Source of the DNA: Gemmatimonadales bacterium
GTDB taxonomy: Bacteria > Gemmatimonadota > Gemmatimonadetes > Gemmatimonadales > GWC2-71-9
Length of the DNA stretch: 64,000 nt
Direction of reading: 5' to 3'
NCBI GenBank assembly: GCA_036006525.1
Contig: DASYPP010000062.1
Span: forward strand, 10,958 to 74,957
Under the pieces are notes generated by a model, which was given only the letters and a program-made list of their open reading frames with translations, did no database searches and was not told the DNA's origin. The first letter of the stretch is position 1; each line of letters starts with the position of its first letter. Made by a program: the position numbers and the translations under genes. Shown here piece after piece: positions 44,523 to 55,139 of the stretch.

Positions 44523-47500
44523 ATGCATCCGGCGCGTTTGCTGCTGCTGCTCGGCGTCACCGCCTACCTGGCAGACCCCGGCGACCCGCTGCACGTCCTG
44601 CGCGCGACTCCGTCCGGAGAAGCCGGTCCCGGCACCGTCATCACGGTGTCGTTCGACCGGCCGGTCGCCGGCTCGCTCGACCGTTCGGTGGACCCGGCGA
44701 CGATCTTCCAGGTCTCACCCCAAGTGGCCGGCCGGCTGGAGTGGCGCGACCCGATCACCATTCGCTTCACCCCGGCCCGGTTGCTGATACCGGGGACGAC
44801 CTACACGGTGACCATCCGGCCAGACTTCGAGGCGATGGATGGAAGCCGGCTTGACCAGCCTTACGGGTTCTCCTTCCGGGTGCGGGGACCGGAGGTGCTC
44901 AACAGTTCGATCGTCAGCTCGGGAAACAGCAGCTATCTCAAGCCGGATGCGAGATTTGCGCTAGTGGCGAGTGCTCCGGTCGATCCGGTGCTGGTGTCCC
45001 GGCTGGCCTACCTGGAGTTCGAGGCCGATTGCCCGGTCCGGGTCGTCCGGCTCAAGGCGACCGGCCAGCGCGGCGTTACCGACCAGGATACCTGGGAATT
45101 CCGGGAAGCTGGTGGGTGGGAACGGAACCGGGCGCTGGATTCGTTGCGTCGGGTCGTGGAGCTGACGCCGGTCGCCCGGCTCCCGCGCGGCTGCTCCGGT
45201 TACCTCGTGGTGCCGCCGGTCCTGGACGAGGAGAGCGATACCGGGAAGCCGCGCCGGTTCGCCCTTGCCACGTACGGCGACTTCCGGCTCAAGCGCACGG
45301 CGTGCTCCTATCCCGAGTGCCCGACCGGTCCGATCGACCTGGAATTCAGTACCCCGGTAAGCGGTGCCGAGGTGCTGCGCCGGGTTCGGCTGCAACCGGG
45401 AGTGGCGTTCACCCTGAGCGACAGTACCGAGGAGCGGGCCAGCTGGACGCTCGACGCGGAACTCAAGCCCCGAACCGGGTATGCGATCGTGGTGGATCCC
45501 GCGATCCGCGATGTCTTCGGCCAGAGCCTCACTGGCAACCCGGTCGGCACCATGGTCACCACCGGCTATGCCCCGACGGTCGACTACGAGTATGGGCGAA
45601 TGGTGGTGGAGCGGGTCGGCTTCCGCACTCTTGCAGTGCGGCACATCAACGTAGACACCCTGGTGGTGCTGATCGCGCCGGTGCCGGATTCGCTGGAGGC
45701 GGAGTTCCTCGCCCGCTCCGAGTGGGGGTGGGACGATCTCTGGGCCAAGATCGCCCCCGGGGCCAGCACCCGCCGCATCGCGGTCAAGAACGAACAGGAT
45801 CACGCCCGGATCTACGGCGTTCAGCTCCCGGTCAGCAACGCCGGCCGTCCCGGCAGCCGGACGCTGCTGGCCGTCCGGATCACCTCGCCCCAGCTGCCGC
45901 CGGTACAAAAGGGCGCCGACCGCCCCATGGGTCCCCTGGCCCTGGTCCAGGTGACCGACCTTGGGGTGCACGCCAAGATCGGAGTCCAGGAAGGAGCGGT
46001 CTGGGTGACCGGCCTGAGTGACGGAATGCCGCGGACGGGAGCGCAGGTAACGCTCCGCGACCTGAAGGGGAGACTACTCGCATCCGGTGCGACCGACAGC
46101 ACCGGCCTGGTGCGGCTCCGCAACTACCAGGCGGTACCCAACGGCTACGAGGAAGGCGAAGAAAGCGGGGGAAACCTCGAGGCGTTCATCGCGGTGCGGT
46201 ACGGCACCGATCGCTCGCTGGTGGGCATCAACCAGTACGATCCCGATCTCAGTCCGTGGCGGTTCGACGTGGGCGGCGCCTGGGGCGAAGAGCGGCTGCC
46301 GGTGGCCGCGGCGGTCTTCACCGAACGCGGCATCTACCGGCCTGGCGAGCCGGTCTACACCAAGGCCATTATCCGGCGGGGCTCCCTCGGATCGCTGCGC
46401 GCACCGGCTCGCACCGACTCAATCAACTGGGTCTTCAGCGACCGGGAGAACGGAGTCCTCTTCCAGAAGACGGTCGCACCTTCCCGGTTCGGCACTTCGG
46501 ATCAGACTTTGAGGCTGCCCGCCGATCTCCCGCTCGGCACCTACAACGTCACCGTCCAGTACAAGTGGCTCAACAAGTGGCGCGACGTAGCCCAGACATC
46601 CTACCGGGTGGCGGAGTACCGGCCTCCCGAATTCCTGGTCAACATCTCGGCCGACTCCGGCACCCGTTATCCGGGCGACAAAATCAGGACGCAACTGGAG
46701 GCGCGCTATCTCTTCGGCGCGCCGATGGCCCGGGCCGCGTTGACCTGGACCGCGCGGCTCTCGCCGATCACCGGGTGGGAGTTCCAGGTTCCCGGCTCGG
46801 AGGGCTATTACACCGGCGAGACCGGGTACTGGTGGGATGACAGCAACCAGCAGCCCGGCGTGACGATACTCGCCACCGGCACCGACACGCTCGATGCCGC
46901 CGGACGCTTCGTGCTGGAAGTTCCCATCACCCAGGTTCCCAAAGGCCGGGCCGCCCGCGCCACAGTCGAGGCGGTGGTCACCGACGTCAACCGGCAGGCG
47001 GTGGGGGCGGCGGCCTCCGTTATCGTGCACCCGGCCGAGTTCTATATAGGGGCCAAACCGCTGGGCAAGGACTACTTCTGGGTCGCCGGCAGCAGCCAGG
47101 CCATCGCCGTGGTCGCGCTGACGCCGGAAGGACGCCGGGTCAGCAATGTGAAGGTCCGGGGTTCGGTGATCCGTCGGGAGTGGCACCAGGTGCACCGGGA
47201 GCGGGACGGCATGGCGGAGCAGATCGGGGACTGGGTGATGGACACGGTCGCCAGCTGCAATGTGACCACGGCGGACAGTCCGGTCTCCTGCACCTTCACC
47301 CCGCCCAGCGGAGGGATTTACATCGTCTCGCTCACGGCCGAGGATCGAAAGGGTCGTTCCGTGCTTACCACCTTCGCCCGCTGGGCCTCCGGCACCGACT
47401 GGGTCCCGTGGAACGACGAGAACCAGTTCAAGATGGACGTCATCGCGGACCGGGAGCGCTACTCCGTGGGCGACACCGCCACGGTGCTGTTCGCTTCGCC

Positions 47501-50240
47501 GTTTACCGATGCCGAGGCGTGGATCACGGTGGAGCGGGAGGGACTGATCCAGCAGCGCCGGATGCGGCTTACCTCCGGCTCGACCATGCTGAAGCTCCCG
47601 ATCACCGAAGCCTTTGCGCCCAATGCCTACGTGGGGATCGTGGTGGCGCGGGGCCGGAGCGCGGCGCCGGGCCCGCTGGACGATCCGGGCCGCCCGACCA
47701 TGCGGGTGGGATATGCCCAGCTCCGGGTAACGCCGGAGATCAAGCGGCTGGCGCTGGAAGTCGAGCCGCTCAAGGTAGAGTACCGCCCGGGGGACACCGC
47801 GCGGGTGCGAATCCGGATGCGAGACGGCCGGGGGACCGGGCAGCAGGGCGAGGTCACCCTGTGGGCGGTGGACGAAGGAGTGCTGGCGCTCACCGGATAC
47901 CAGACGCCGGATCCGCTCGACCTGATCTACCGCGAACGCGGACTCGGCGTCCGCCTGGCCAGCAACGTCGTGACGGTTGCCCCCCAGGTGCCGGAGGGCG
48001 AGAAGGGGCAGCGTCACCCGGGCGGTGGGGGCGGCGGGGAGAACGCCGACATCCTGCGCTCGAGGTTCCAGACCACCGCGTTCTTCCTGGGTTCGGTGGT
48101 GACCGATTCCCTCGGTGTGGCTATTGCCCGGGCCAGGCTGCCGGACAATCTCACCACATTCCGGATCATGGCGGTCGCCGTGACCTCGGGAGACCGCTAC
48201 GGCAAGGGGCAGTCGAGCGTGCTGGTGACCCGGCCGCTCATTGCCCGGCCGGCGTTGCCGAGGTTCGTGAGAGCCGGGGATGATTTCACGGCGGGCGTCG
48301 TGGTAAACCAGCGGGCCGGCGGCACGCCCATGGCCACGGTCACGTCGCGCGCCCGCGGCGTGGAGCAGATCGGTGACTCCACTCAGCAGGCGACCCTGGA
48401 AGCCGGCCGGGGCCGCGAGGTCCGGTTCCATTTCCGCGGACTTGCCGGCGATACGGCGACTTTCCGGTTCCGTGTCAGCGGGGCGGGGGATTCCGACGCG
48501 GTGCAAACCAAGCTGCCGATACGCGAGGCGTTCCGGCCCCGCTTCCACACGGTCGCGGGCGTGCTCTACGATACGACGACCGCCGAATTCCAACTCCCCT
48601 CCGACATCGATCCGGACCGGTCCGAACTGCTGCTCAGTCTCGGCGCATCGCCGCTCAGCGTCATCAAGGGCGCGTTCCAATCGCTCCGAGTCTATCCCTA
48701 CTACTGCACCGAACAGATCTCCAGTTCCGCCCTCCCCCTGATCGCGCTGTACCAGGCCCAGCGGCGGACCGGGGCGGCCGACCTGGCGCCGAAGAACGCC
48801 AGGGCCGACATCGAGCTGGCGGTGGCCACCATCATCCGGCGGCAGCGGGAGGATGGCGGGATCGGTTACTGGAGCTCGTCGGACTGGACCACGCCCTGGC
48901 TCAGCGCCTACGCCGGCATCGTGCTGCTGGAGGCGCGGAGCGCCGGGATCGCCGTAAGCGATACCGCACTCCACAAGCTGGCGGACTACCTGAGCGATGC
49001 GATCGACAACGAGGAGCCGGTGTTCTCGCTGATTTCCTCCTGGTACGACAAGCGCACTCTTACCCTGGCCGAGCGCGTGGCGGCGGCTGACCTGTTGAGC
49101 CGCCTGGGCCGGCCCGATGTCGCCCAGGAGAACGAGCTGTTTCGCCTGGCGGCCCAGATGGACTGGGAAGACAGAACGCGGCTGGTGGAAGTGCTCTCCC
49201 GCCGCCGTGACAAGGCGCCGGCCCGGGTGCTGCTCAACGCGGTCATCGCACCGGTAAAAGTCGAAGGCCGGGTCGCGGTGGTCCCCGACTCGTTGGCCCG
49301 GGGCTTCTACTTCTACTCCCAGGTCCGGCCGACAGCGCAGCTGCTCCGGTCGGTGCTGGCCGTGGATTCGATCCATCCGCTGATCGGGCCACTGGTCGAG
49401 GCGCTGGTTGAGCAGGGCAGGAACGCGCGGCCCTGGGAATGGAACACCCAGGACTACGGGTCGGTGGTCTATGCGCTGGCCGCCTTTGAGCAGCGGCAGC
49501 GAGCCGCATCGGCCGGCGGGATCCTAGTCCGGTCGAACAACCGGGTACTGATCCGGGTGGATTCGCTGGGCGGCGTCCGGGACTCGAGCACCACGCTGCA
49601 CGGTTTGCTGGGCGCCGCCAGCGGACCCCAGCGCCCGCTCCGGGTCTCATTGAGCGGCGGCCATGGCAACACCCCGGTCTACTACTACCTCACGGTCAGG
49701 GAAATTCCGCTTAACCGGCCGGTGCGACCGGACGACAACGGCATCAGCGTCGAGCGCTGGTACGAGTCGTACGCCGACGGCAAACCGATCGTCGAGGTGA
49801 ACGAAGGTGACCTGGTGCGGGTGCGGCTCCGGATTACGGTGCCCAACACCCGGCACTTCGTCATCCTGGACGATGCCCTGCCGGCTGGCCTCGAGGCCAT
49901 TGACCTGTCGCTCCGGACCGCGGCGCCACCCGGCATCGGTACCACGATGCCGGAGGAGGCCCAGCCGGACGAGGGTTCCGAGCAGGGGCCCGGCTACCAC
50001 TGGTACTACGGCAGCTGGGACTCGGGCTGGTGGTCACCGTTCGATCATCGCGAGCTCCGGGACGACCGGGTGCTCTACTTCGCGGCGATCCTCTGGAAAG
50101 GCAGCTACACGGCGACCTATGTCGCCCGGGCGACCACACCAGGGGTCTTCATGCGCCCCCCGGCCCATGCCGAGGAGATGTATAACCCGGATGTGCACGG
50201 GCGGAGCGATGGAGGGATTTTCACAGTAAACAGACGGTAG
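44523..50240 (+). CDS. alpha-2-macroglobulin family protein (bacterial, thioester-containing, YfhM-like)
   Basis: 1905 aa, multi-MG-domain beta-rich sequence. Thioester motif YYCTEQ (Cys codon 48705-48707). Followed directly by pbpC, the canonical partner. Confidence 0.92.
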   Translation: MHPARLLLLLGVTAYLADPGDPLHVLRATPSGEAGPGTVITVSFDRPVAGSLDRSVDPATIFQVSPQVAGRLEWRDPITIRFTPARLLIPGTTYTVTIRPDFEAMDGSRLDQPYGFSFRVRGPEVLNSSIVSSGNSSYLKPDARFALVASAPVDPVLVSRLAYLEFEADCPVRVVRLKATGQRGVTDQDTWEFREAGGWERNRALDSLRRVVELTPVARLPRGCSGYLVVPPVLDEESDTGKPRRFALATYGDFRLKRTACSYPECPTGPIDLEFSTPVSGAEVLRRVRLQPGVAFTLSDSTEERASWTLDAELKPRTGYAIVVDPAIRDVFGQSLTGNPVGTMVTTGYAPTVDYEYGRMVVERVGFRTLAVRHINVDTLVVLIAPVPDSLEAEFLARSEWGWDDLWAKIAPGASTRRIAVKNEQDHARIYGVQLPVSNAGRPGSRTLLAVRITSPQLPPVQKGADRPMGPLALVQVTDLGVHAKIGVQEGAVWVTGLSDGMPRTGAQVTLRDLKGRLLASGATDSTGLVRLRNYQAVPNGYEEGEESGGNLEAFIAVRYGTDRSLVGINQYDPDLSPWRFDVGGAWGEERLPVAAAVFTERGIYRPGEPVYTKAIIRRGSLGSLRAPARTDSINWVFSDRENGVLFQKTVAPSRFGTSDQTLRLPADLPLGTYNVTVQYKWLNKWRDVAQTSYRVAEYRPPEFLVNISADSGTRYPGDKIRTQLEARYLFGAPMARAALTWTARLSPITGWEFQVPGSEGYYTGETGYWWDDSNQQPGVTILATGTDTLDAAGRFVLEVPITQVPKGRAARATVEAVVTDVNRQAVGAAASVIVHPAEFYIGAKPLGKDYFWVAGSSQAIAVVALTPEGRRVSNVKVRGSVIRREWHQVHRERDGMAEQIGDWVMDTVASCNVTTADSPVSCTFTPPSGGIYIVSLTAEDRKGRSVLTTFARWASGTDWVPWNDENQFKMDVIADRERYSVGDTATVLFASPFTDAEAWITVEREGLIQQRRMRLTSGSTMLKLPITEAFAPNAYVGIVVARGRSAAPGPLDDPGRPTMRVGYAQLRVTPEIKRLALEVEPLKVEYRPGDTARVRIRMRDGRGTGQQGEVTLWAVDEGVLALTGYQTPDPLDLIYRERGLGVRLASNVVTVAPQVPEGEKGQRHPGGGGGGENADILRSRFQTTAFFLGSVVTDSLGVAIARARLPDNLTTFRIMAVAVTSGDRYGKGQSSVLVTRPLIARPALPRFVRAGDDFTAGVVVNQRAGGTPMATVTSRARGVEQIGDSTQQATLEAGRGREVRFHFRGLAGDTATFRFRVSGAGDSDAVQTKLPIREAFRPRFHTVAGVLYDTTTAEFQLPSDIDPDRSELLLSLGASPLSVIKGAFQSLRVYPYYCTEQISSSALPLIALYQAQRRTGAADLAPKNARADIELAVATIIRRQREDGGIGYWSSSDWTTPWLSAYAGIVLLEARSAGIAVSDTALHKLADYLSDAIDNEEPVFSLISSWYDKRTLTLAERVAAADLLSRLGRPDVAQENELFRLAAQMDWEDRTRLVEVLSRRRDKAPARVLLNAVIAPVKVEGRVAVVPDSLARGFYFYSQVRPTAQLLRSVLAVDSIHPLIGPLVEALVEQGRNARPWEWNTQDYGSVVYALAAFEQRQRAASAGGILVRSNNRVLIRVDSLGGVRDSSTTLHGLLGAASGPQRPLRVSLSGGHGNTPVYYYLTVREIPLNRPVRPDDNGISVERWYESYADGKPIVEVNEGDLVRVRLRITVPNTRHFVILDDALPAGLEAIDLSLRTAAPPGIGTTMPEEAQPDEGSEQGPGYHWYYGSWDSGWWSPFDHRELRDDRVLYFAAILWKGSYTATYVARATTPGVFMRPPAHAEEMYNPDVHGRSDGGIFTVNRR
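48705..48716 (+). other. thioester motif codons (Cys-Thr-Glu-Gln) of the alpha-2-macroglobulin
   Basis: tgc acc gaa cag, in frame with 44523 (offset 4182 = 3 x 1394), within RVYPYYCTEQISSS. Confidence 0.8.
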
Positions 50241-50266
50241 GATGGTAGGACGGTAAGACGGTAGGG
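50234..50266. repeat. single-arm 8-mer array (ACGGTAGG-type x4) spanning the macroglobulin stop codon
   Basis: acggtagg atggtagg acggtaag acggtagg. TAG 50238-40 lies inside unit 1. No complementary arm precedes pbpC. Confidence 0.65.
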
Positions 50267-50299
50267 GAATAGAAACCCTTGGAGATCGCCGTGAAGAGA

Positions 50300-52564
50300 A
50301 TGCTCAAACGCGTCATGTGGTGCCTGGTGGCCGGCGTGGTGCTGGCCACTGTCGGCGCGTTCACCTATGTCCTGTGGCCGTTGCCAGGCGGATTGGTGAC
50401 CCGGTCGGCGGGGACCGGTGTCCGGCTGGAAGACCGGCATGGGCTGGTGCTTCGCACGACTCGGGCTGAGGACGGGAGCCTGCAGCGCTGGGTGGCCCTG
50501 GGCGACATCGATCCCGATATCATCGCCGCATTCCTGGCGGTGGAGGATCATCGATTCTATCGCCATTCCGGGGTCGATCTTCGCGCGATCGGGCGGGCGA
50601 TCCGGGACAACCTGCGCGGTGGCCGGGGACTGTCGGGCGGATCCACGATCACCATGCAGCTGGCGCGGCTTTACTACGGAACTCCGCGGAGTGTCTCCGG
50701 AAAAGTGCGCCAGGCGCTCCAGGCGTGGCGGCTGGAATGGCACCTCGACAAGGCGACCATCCTGGAGCAGTACCTGAACCGGGTGCCGCTGGGCCAGGGA
50801 GCAGTCGGCGTACCCGCCGCGGCGGCACTCTACTTCAATCGCGGCGCCACCGACATCAGCCTGGGGCAGGCCGCGCTGCTGGCAGGGCTGGCCCGCGCAC
50901 CGTCATCCAACAATCCGCTGGTCTCGCAGAGCGGGGCCGCCGGGCGGCGCCAGGTCGGGCTGATGCGATTGGCGGCGGTTGGCTATGCCGCGGCGGCGGA
51001 CATCCAGCGGGCCGGCCAGGAGCCACTACTGGTCCCGGCTCGGAGCGGTTCGTTTCAGGCCCCGCACTTCACCTCGCGACTGCTCGCGCACGAGAGCACC
51101 GTGCCCCCCGACGGGGTGCTGCACACCTCGCTCGACCTGGGGCTGCAGACCGCGCTGGAAGCCGAGGTCCGGCACACGGTGGACCTGCTCAAGACATCGG
51201 GCGCGCGCCAGGCGGCGGCGGTCGTGCTGGACAACCGGACGGGTGAGATTCTCGCGTGGGTTGGGTCTCCCGATTTCTGGGCCGACACGGCCGGCCAGGT
51301 CGACATGGTGATCTCGCCCCGGCAGCCGGGCTCGGCGCTCAAGCCGTTTCTCTATGGGCTGGCCTTCGATCGAGGCTATTCGCCGGCGTCGGTGCTGCCC
51401 GACGTCGCGCACGCTTACGCGACCTCGCTGGGTCCGTATCGTCCCCGTAACTACGACCGCCGGTTCCACGGACCGGTGCGGGCCCGGGAGGCGCTGGCCA
51501 GCTCCTACAATGTGCCGGCGGTGGAGCTGACCGACCGACTGAGTGCCGCATCGCTACTCGATGTGCTGCACCGGGCGGGCTTCGAGAGCCTGGCGCGCAC
51601 CCCGGGGTACTATGGGCTGGGACTCGCGCTCGGCAATGGCGACGTCTCCCTGCTCGAACTGGCCAACGGGTATCGCGCATTGGCCAACGGCGGCGAATGG
51701 CAGCCCACTACGTGGCGGAAGGCCGGCGATCCGCGGCAGACGACGACCGGGGAACCGCGCCGGGTGATGACCCCGAGCTCGGCCGCCCTGGTGACGGACA
51801 TTCTATCCGATCCGGTGGCGCGGATCCCCGGGTTCGGCCTGGAGACGCCGTTCGACTTTGCGTTTCCGGTCGCCGCCAAGACCGGCACCAGCCGGCACTT
51901 CACCGATAACTGGGCGGTGGGGACGACCCGGAACTTCACGGTGGCGGTATGGGTCGGGAACTTCAATGGCCAGCCCATGGATCGGGTGAGTGGAATTACC
52001 GGCGCCGGCCCGCTGCTGCACCGCGCCGTCCTGCTCACTGCCCAGCGGTATCCGCCCGGAGTGCTTACCCGGCCCGAGGACGCCGGGGCGGTCCCGGTGA
52101 CGATTTGCGCGCTATCGGGTCTCCGGGCCGGCCCGCGGTGTCCCCACCAGGTGGAATGGTTCGCGCTGGGCACGGCGCCGGAGCGGGAATGCGACTGGCA
52201 CCGGCCCGGCGGCCTGGCCCTACCGGCGGAGTACCAGGAGTGGGCGGATCAGACCCACGCGGTGCATGCGGAGTTCAGTGCCGGGCTGACGAGCGCCGGC
52301 GATTCGTCAAGCGGCGGTTTCAGGATTTCTTCTCCCCGGGATGGTGATGTGTACCAGGTCCCACCCGGCGTCGAGCCCCGCTACGCAACGCTGTCCCTGC
52401 GCGCGTCCGGCGCCGGTGCCGATGGGCGCGTCAGCTGGTCGATCAACGGTCGGCCATACCGGGAACGACGCTGGGGCCTGGAGCCGGGCCGGTACGTCTT
52501 CGTGGCCCGGACGCCGGGCGGGTCGGTGGACAGCGTACAGATCGAGGTAGCTCGAGATCGGTAG
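50300..52564 (+). CDS. pbpC: penicillin-binding protein 1C (bifunctional glycosyltransferase/transpeptidase)
   Basis: GT51 motifs (AVEDHRFYRHSGVD, GGSTITMQLAR) and transpeptidase SxxK (PGSALKP), SYN and KTGTS. C-terminal PBP1C-specific beta domain. The start is ambiguous (TTG 50279, GTG 50291, ATG 50300). Confidence 0.9.
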   Translation: MLKRVMWCLVAGVVLATVGAFTYVLWPLPGGLVTRSAGTGVRLEDRHGLVLRTTRAEDGSLQRWVALGDIDPDIIAAFLAVEDHRFYRHSGVDLRAIGRAIRDNLRGGRGLSGGSTITMQLARLYYGTPRSVSGKVRQALQAWRLEWHLDKATILEQYLNRVPLGQGAVGVPAAAALYFNRGATDISLGQAALLAGLARAPSSNNPLVSQSGAAGRRQVGLMRLAAVGYAAAADIQRAGQEPLLVPARSGSFQAPHFTSRLLAHESTVPPDGVLHTSLDLGLQTALEAEVRHTVDLLKTSGARQAAAVVLDNRTGEILAWVGSPDFWADTAGQVDMVISPRQPGSALKPFLYGLAFDRGYSPASVLPDVAHAYATSLGPYRPRNYDRRFHGPVRAREALASSYNVPAVELTDRLSAASLLDVLHRAGFESLARTPGYYGLGLALGNGDVSLLELANGYRALANGGEWQPTTWRKAGDPRQTTTGEPRRVMTPSSAALVTDILSDPVARIPGFGLETPFDFAFPVAAKTGTSRHFTDNWAVGTTRNFTVAVWVGNFNGQPMDRVSGITGAGPLLHRAVLLTAQRYPPGVLTRPEDAGAVPVTICALSGLRAGPRCPHQVEWFALGTAPERECDWHRPGGLALPAEYQEWADQTHAVHAEFSAGLTSAGDSSSGGFRISSPRDGDVYQVPPGVEPRYATLSLRASGAGADGRVSWSINGRPYRERRWGLEPGRYVFVARTPGGSVDSVQIEVARDR

Positions 52565-52587
52565 AATATCACCCGGGTGATATTCTA
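52562..52587 (+). terminator. perfect 26-bp palindrome at the pbpC stop (terminator or operator)
   Basis: tagaatatcaccc/gggtgatattcta. It includes the TAG, is AT-rich at the ends and is followed by ttcaagttctt. Confidence 0.5.
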
Positions 52588-52622
52588 TTCAAGTTCTTGC
52601 CTTGCCCGCCGATAAACCGGGG

Positions 52623-55139
52623 ATGAATCATAAGTCGGGACGGCGCAAGGGTTGGCGAGGGGCGCTCAGTTCTATCCGGGGGAAAATCACGTTCCTCGGT
52701 ACCCTGGGGTTGTTAGCGGTCCTGGCGGTATCACTGATTGAGCTGTTCACCATCCACCGTATGTTGACCCGGGTCGAGGCCGAAGACGCATCACAGCGCG
52801 TTGTCCGGGCCAGGCGCGCGCTGGAGCGGCTCAAGCAGAACAAGGCGAACATTGTTACGGAGTTCGCCATGTGGGATGAGGCCTACGATTTTGCTTCCGA
52901 TCCCACGGCCCGGCGCTTCAATCATTTCCTGCGCGACAATTACACCGAGTGGCTTCCCCGCCGCTACGGCGACCGGATTATCAGGATCTGGAACCGGAAA
53001 CACGAGTCACTGCTCGACTGGGCGGATTCCAGCCTGGGTGCCAGTGCCCCGCGGATGCCAGCCGAAGACCTGATTGCCGCCACCGCGCGGCTCCGCACGT
53101 TGGGCGCCTTCGTTTCCACCTCCCACGGCGTATTCCTGGTCGGAGCTTCGGTCATTCTGCGCGCATCGGACGATGCTGCGACCGGCGAACCCAACGGATT
53201 TGTCCTCGCCGCGCAGCCGGTGGACGCGGCGTTGACCAGAGAATTGGGCAAGGACCTCCAGGAGTCGATCCGCATCCTTCCGGCCAGCAACCGGGTGGCC
53301 GTGGACACCACGGTCAGCAGCTTCGTGGCCGGAGGTGACTCCATCAGCATTCGCTTCCCGCTGGTCGGGTTGCACGGCGACGCGGTCGGCGTCATCGAGC
53401 TCCGTGATTCGCGGCAGGAGATGCGGCACCTCTACTCCTTCGCCTACTTCATCCTCGTTGCGACCCTGCTCGGCGGCACCCTGGTCCTGGCGGTGCTGTG
53501 GCGGGCCATGAAGCGCATGGTCATCCAGCCGGTGGGCGACTTTTCCGCCGAGTTGACGGCCATGCAGCAGGCAGGGGAGATGCGGACGCTCACCAGCGAG
53601 CACTCTGCCACCGAGTGGCAGCTGTTTGCCGGCGCGTTCAACCGGACGGTCAAGGCCCTCAAGCACTCCGAGGAGCGGTACCAGGTCCTGTTCCAGAGTG
53701 CGGTCGACGCCTACATCCTCATCGACTCGATCACCAGGATCGTTCTCGAGGCCAACCCGGCCGCCGAGAAGCTGGCGGGCTCGGCTGCGGCAGACATGGT
53801 GGGGCGCCCAATGGGCTCGTTCATCGATTTCTCGATGGCTTCCGAGCAGGCAGGGGCCTGCATCCTGCGCCGGCCTGATGGCAACACCAGCACTGTGGGG
53901 GTGGTGAGCACCGACATCCAGTTTGGCGGCATCTCCCGCACCCTGGTGTCGATCCGCGACCTGTCTCACTACGAGAAGATTCAGACCCAGCTGCGCCAGG
54001 CCCAGAAGATGGACGCGATCGGTTCGCTGGCTGGCGGCGTGGCGCATGACTTCAACAACCTGCTGGGCGCCATTCTGGTGGCGAACTCTTCGCTTCGGGC
54101 CGACCTGGAAGACCGATCCGACGTTGCCGATTCTCTGGACACCATCGATCAGGCGACTCGGCGAGCAGCAGAGCTTACCCGGCAGCTGCTCCGGCTGGCG
54201 CGCCGGGAGCAGCCGCGCAACGTGCCTCTGGTCCTGAACGAGGTGGTCGAGCGGGTGGTCGCCCTGTGCCGGCGCACCTTCACCCCGGTAATTCGGATTG
54301 AGACCCGGCTGGATCCGGCTTTGCCCTCGTTGATTGGCGACGCCAGCCAGCTGGAGCAGGCGGTGCTCAGTCTCTGCATCAACGCGCGGGACGCCATGCC
54401 CGACGGCGGCACCCTGACTCTGACCACCCGGGTGCGGATGGTGACCGAGGAGGAAGCCGAGCGCGACCACCACCCGGCCGGTCTGCATGTCTCGCTGGTG
54501 GTGGACGATACCGGGCCCGGGCTTACCGCCGAGGCCGAGGTGCACCTGTTCGAGCCGTTCTTCACTACCAAGGGTCGAGGCGAAGGTACCGGGCTCGGCC
54601 TGCCCACTGCGTACGGGACGGTCCGCGCGCACGGCGGCACCATTCGCTTCACCAACCGGCCGGGCAGCGGGGTGAGTTTCGAGCTCCTGTTCCTGCCTGC
54701 CAGCGCGGTGACCCAGGCCCGCGAGGCTGACCGCCCGGCCCGGTTGGCCGGAGGGACGGAACGAATCCTGGTCATCGATGACGACGCCTCGCTTCGTTCG
54801 GCGATGACCCGCTCGCTGCAGCGGCTGGGGTATTCCGTGCAAGCCGCCACGGGCGGATGGGAGGGCGTCAAGGCAGTCGAGCAGGACCAGGCCGGGTTCG
54901 ACCTCGTCCTGCTCGATATGATCATGCCTGACTTGAGCGGGGTGGAAACCTTCAAGCGACTTCGGGAGCTCCGGCCCGACCTTCCAGTGCTGGTCTGCTC
55001 CGGCTATACGGCCGAAGCTGACCGGCAACAACTCATGAGCGCCGGCGCCGAAGCCTTTCTGCCCAAGCCGTTCGATGTTGCCGAGCTGGCCCGGGCAGTG
55101 CGAGAGGTCCTGGGTCGGGTTACCGTTTCGAGTCCATGA
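52623..55139 (+). CDS. hybrid sensor histidine kinase/response regulator with large N-terminal extracytoplasmic sensor domain
   Basis: TM1 ([19 protein letters not shown]), a ~250-aa loop, TM2 ([21 protein letters not shown]), a PAS domain, H-box [13 protein letters not shown], HATPase ([17 protein letters not shown]) and a C-terminal receiver (ILVIDDD...[13 protein letters not shown]). Confidence 0.9.
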   Translation: MNHKSGRRKGWRGALSSIRGKITFLGTLGLLAVLAVSLIELFTIHRMLTRVEAEDASQRVVRARRALERLKQNKANIVTEFAMWDEAYDFASDPTARRFNHFLRDNYTEWLPRRYGDRIIRIWNRKHESLLDWADSSLGASAPRMPAEDLIAATARLRTLGAFVSTSHGVFLVGASVILRASDDAATGEPNGFVLAAQPVDAALTRELGKDLQESIRILPASNRVAVDTTVSSFVAGGDSISIRFPLVGLHGDAVGVIELRDSRQEMRHLYSFAYFILVATLLGGTLVLAVLWRAMKRMVIQPVGDFSAELTAMQQAGEMRTLTSEHSATEWQLFAGAFNRTVKALKHSEERYQVLFQSAVDAYILIDSITRIVLEANPAAEKLAGSAAADMVGRPMGSFIDFSMASEQAGACILRRPDGNTSTVGVVSTDIQFGGISRTLVSIRDLSHYEKIQTQLRQAQKMDAIGSLAGGVAHDFNNLLGAILVANSSLRADLEDRSDVADSLDTIDQATRRAAELTRQLLRLARREQPRNVPLVLNEVVERVVALCRRTFTPVIRIETRLDPALPSLIGDASQLEQAVLSLCINARDAMPDGGTLTLTTRVRMVTEEEAERDHHPAGLHVSLVVDDTGPGLTAEAEVHLFEPFFTTKGRGEGTGLGLPTAYGTVRAHGGTIRFTNRPGSGVSFELLFLPASAVTQAREADRPARLAGGTERILVIDDDASLRSAMTRSLQRLGYSVQAATGGWEGVKAVEQDQAGFDLVLLDMIMPDLSGVETFKRLRELRPDLPVLVCSGYTAEADRQQLMSAGAEAFLPKPFDVAELARAVREVLGRVTVSSP

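Noticed and set aside
44372-44854. ORFs translating the 9-bp array as (EGI)n or (GLR/GLK)n peptides (44372..44854 +, 44307..44492 +, 44397..44594 -)
   Set aside because: The periodic peptide is a by-product of a 9-bp DNA repeat. The ORFs have no credible start context and run into the macroglobulin gene out of frame.
46419-49376. 985-aa ORF on the minus strand, the longest unexplained ORF in the track
   Set aside because: It is entirely antisense to the alpha-2-macroglobulin gene, whose frame has clear domain motifs and the CTEQ thioester. The translation is Arg/Gly/Pro/His-rich low-complexity sequence typical of shadow ORFs in high-G+C DNA.
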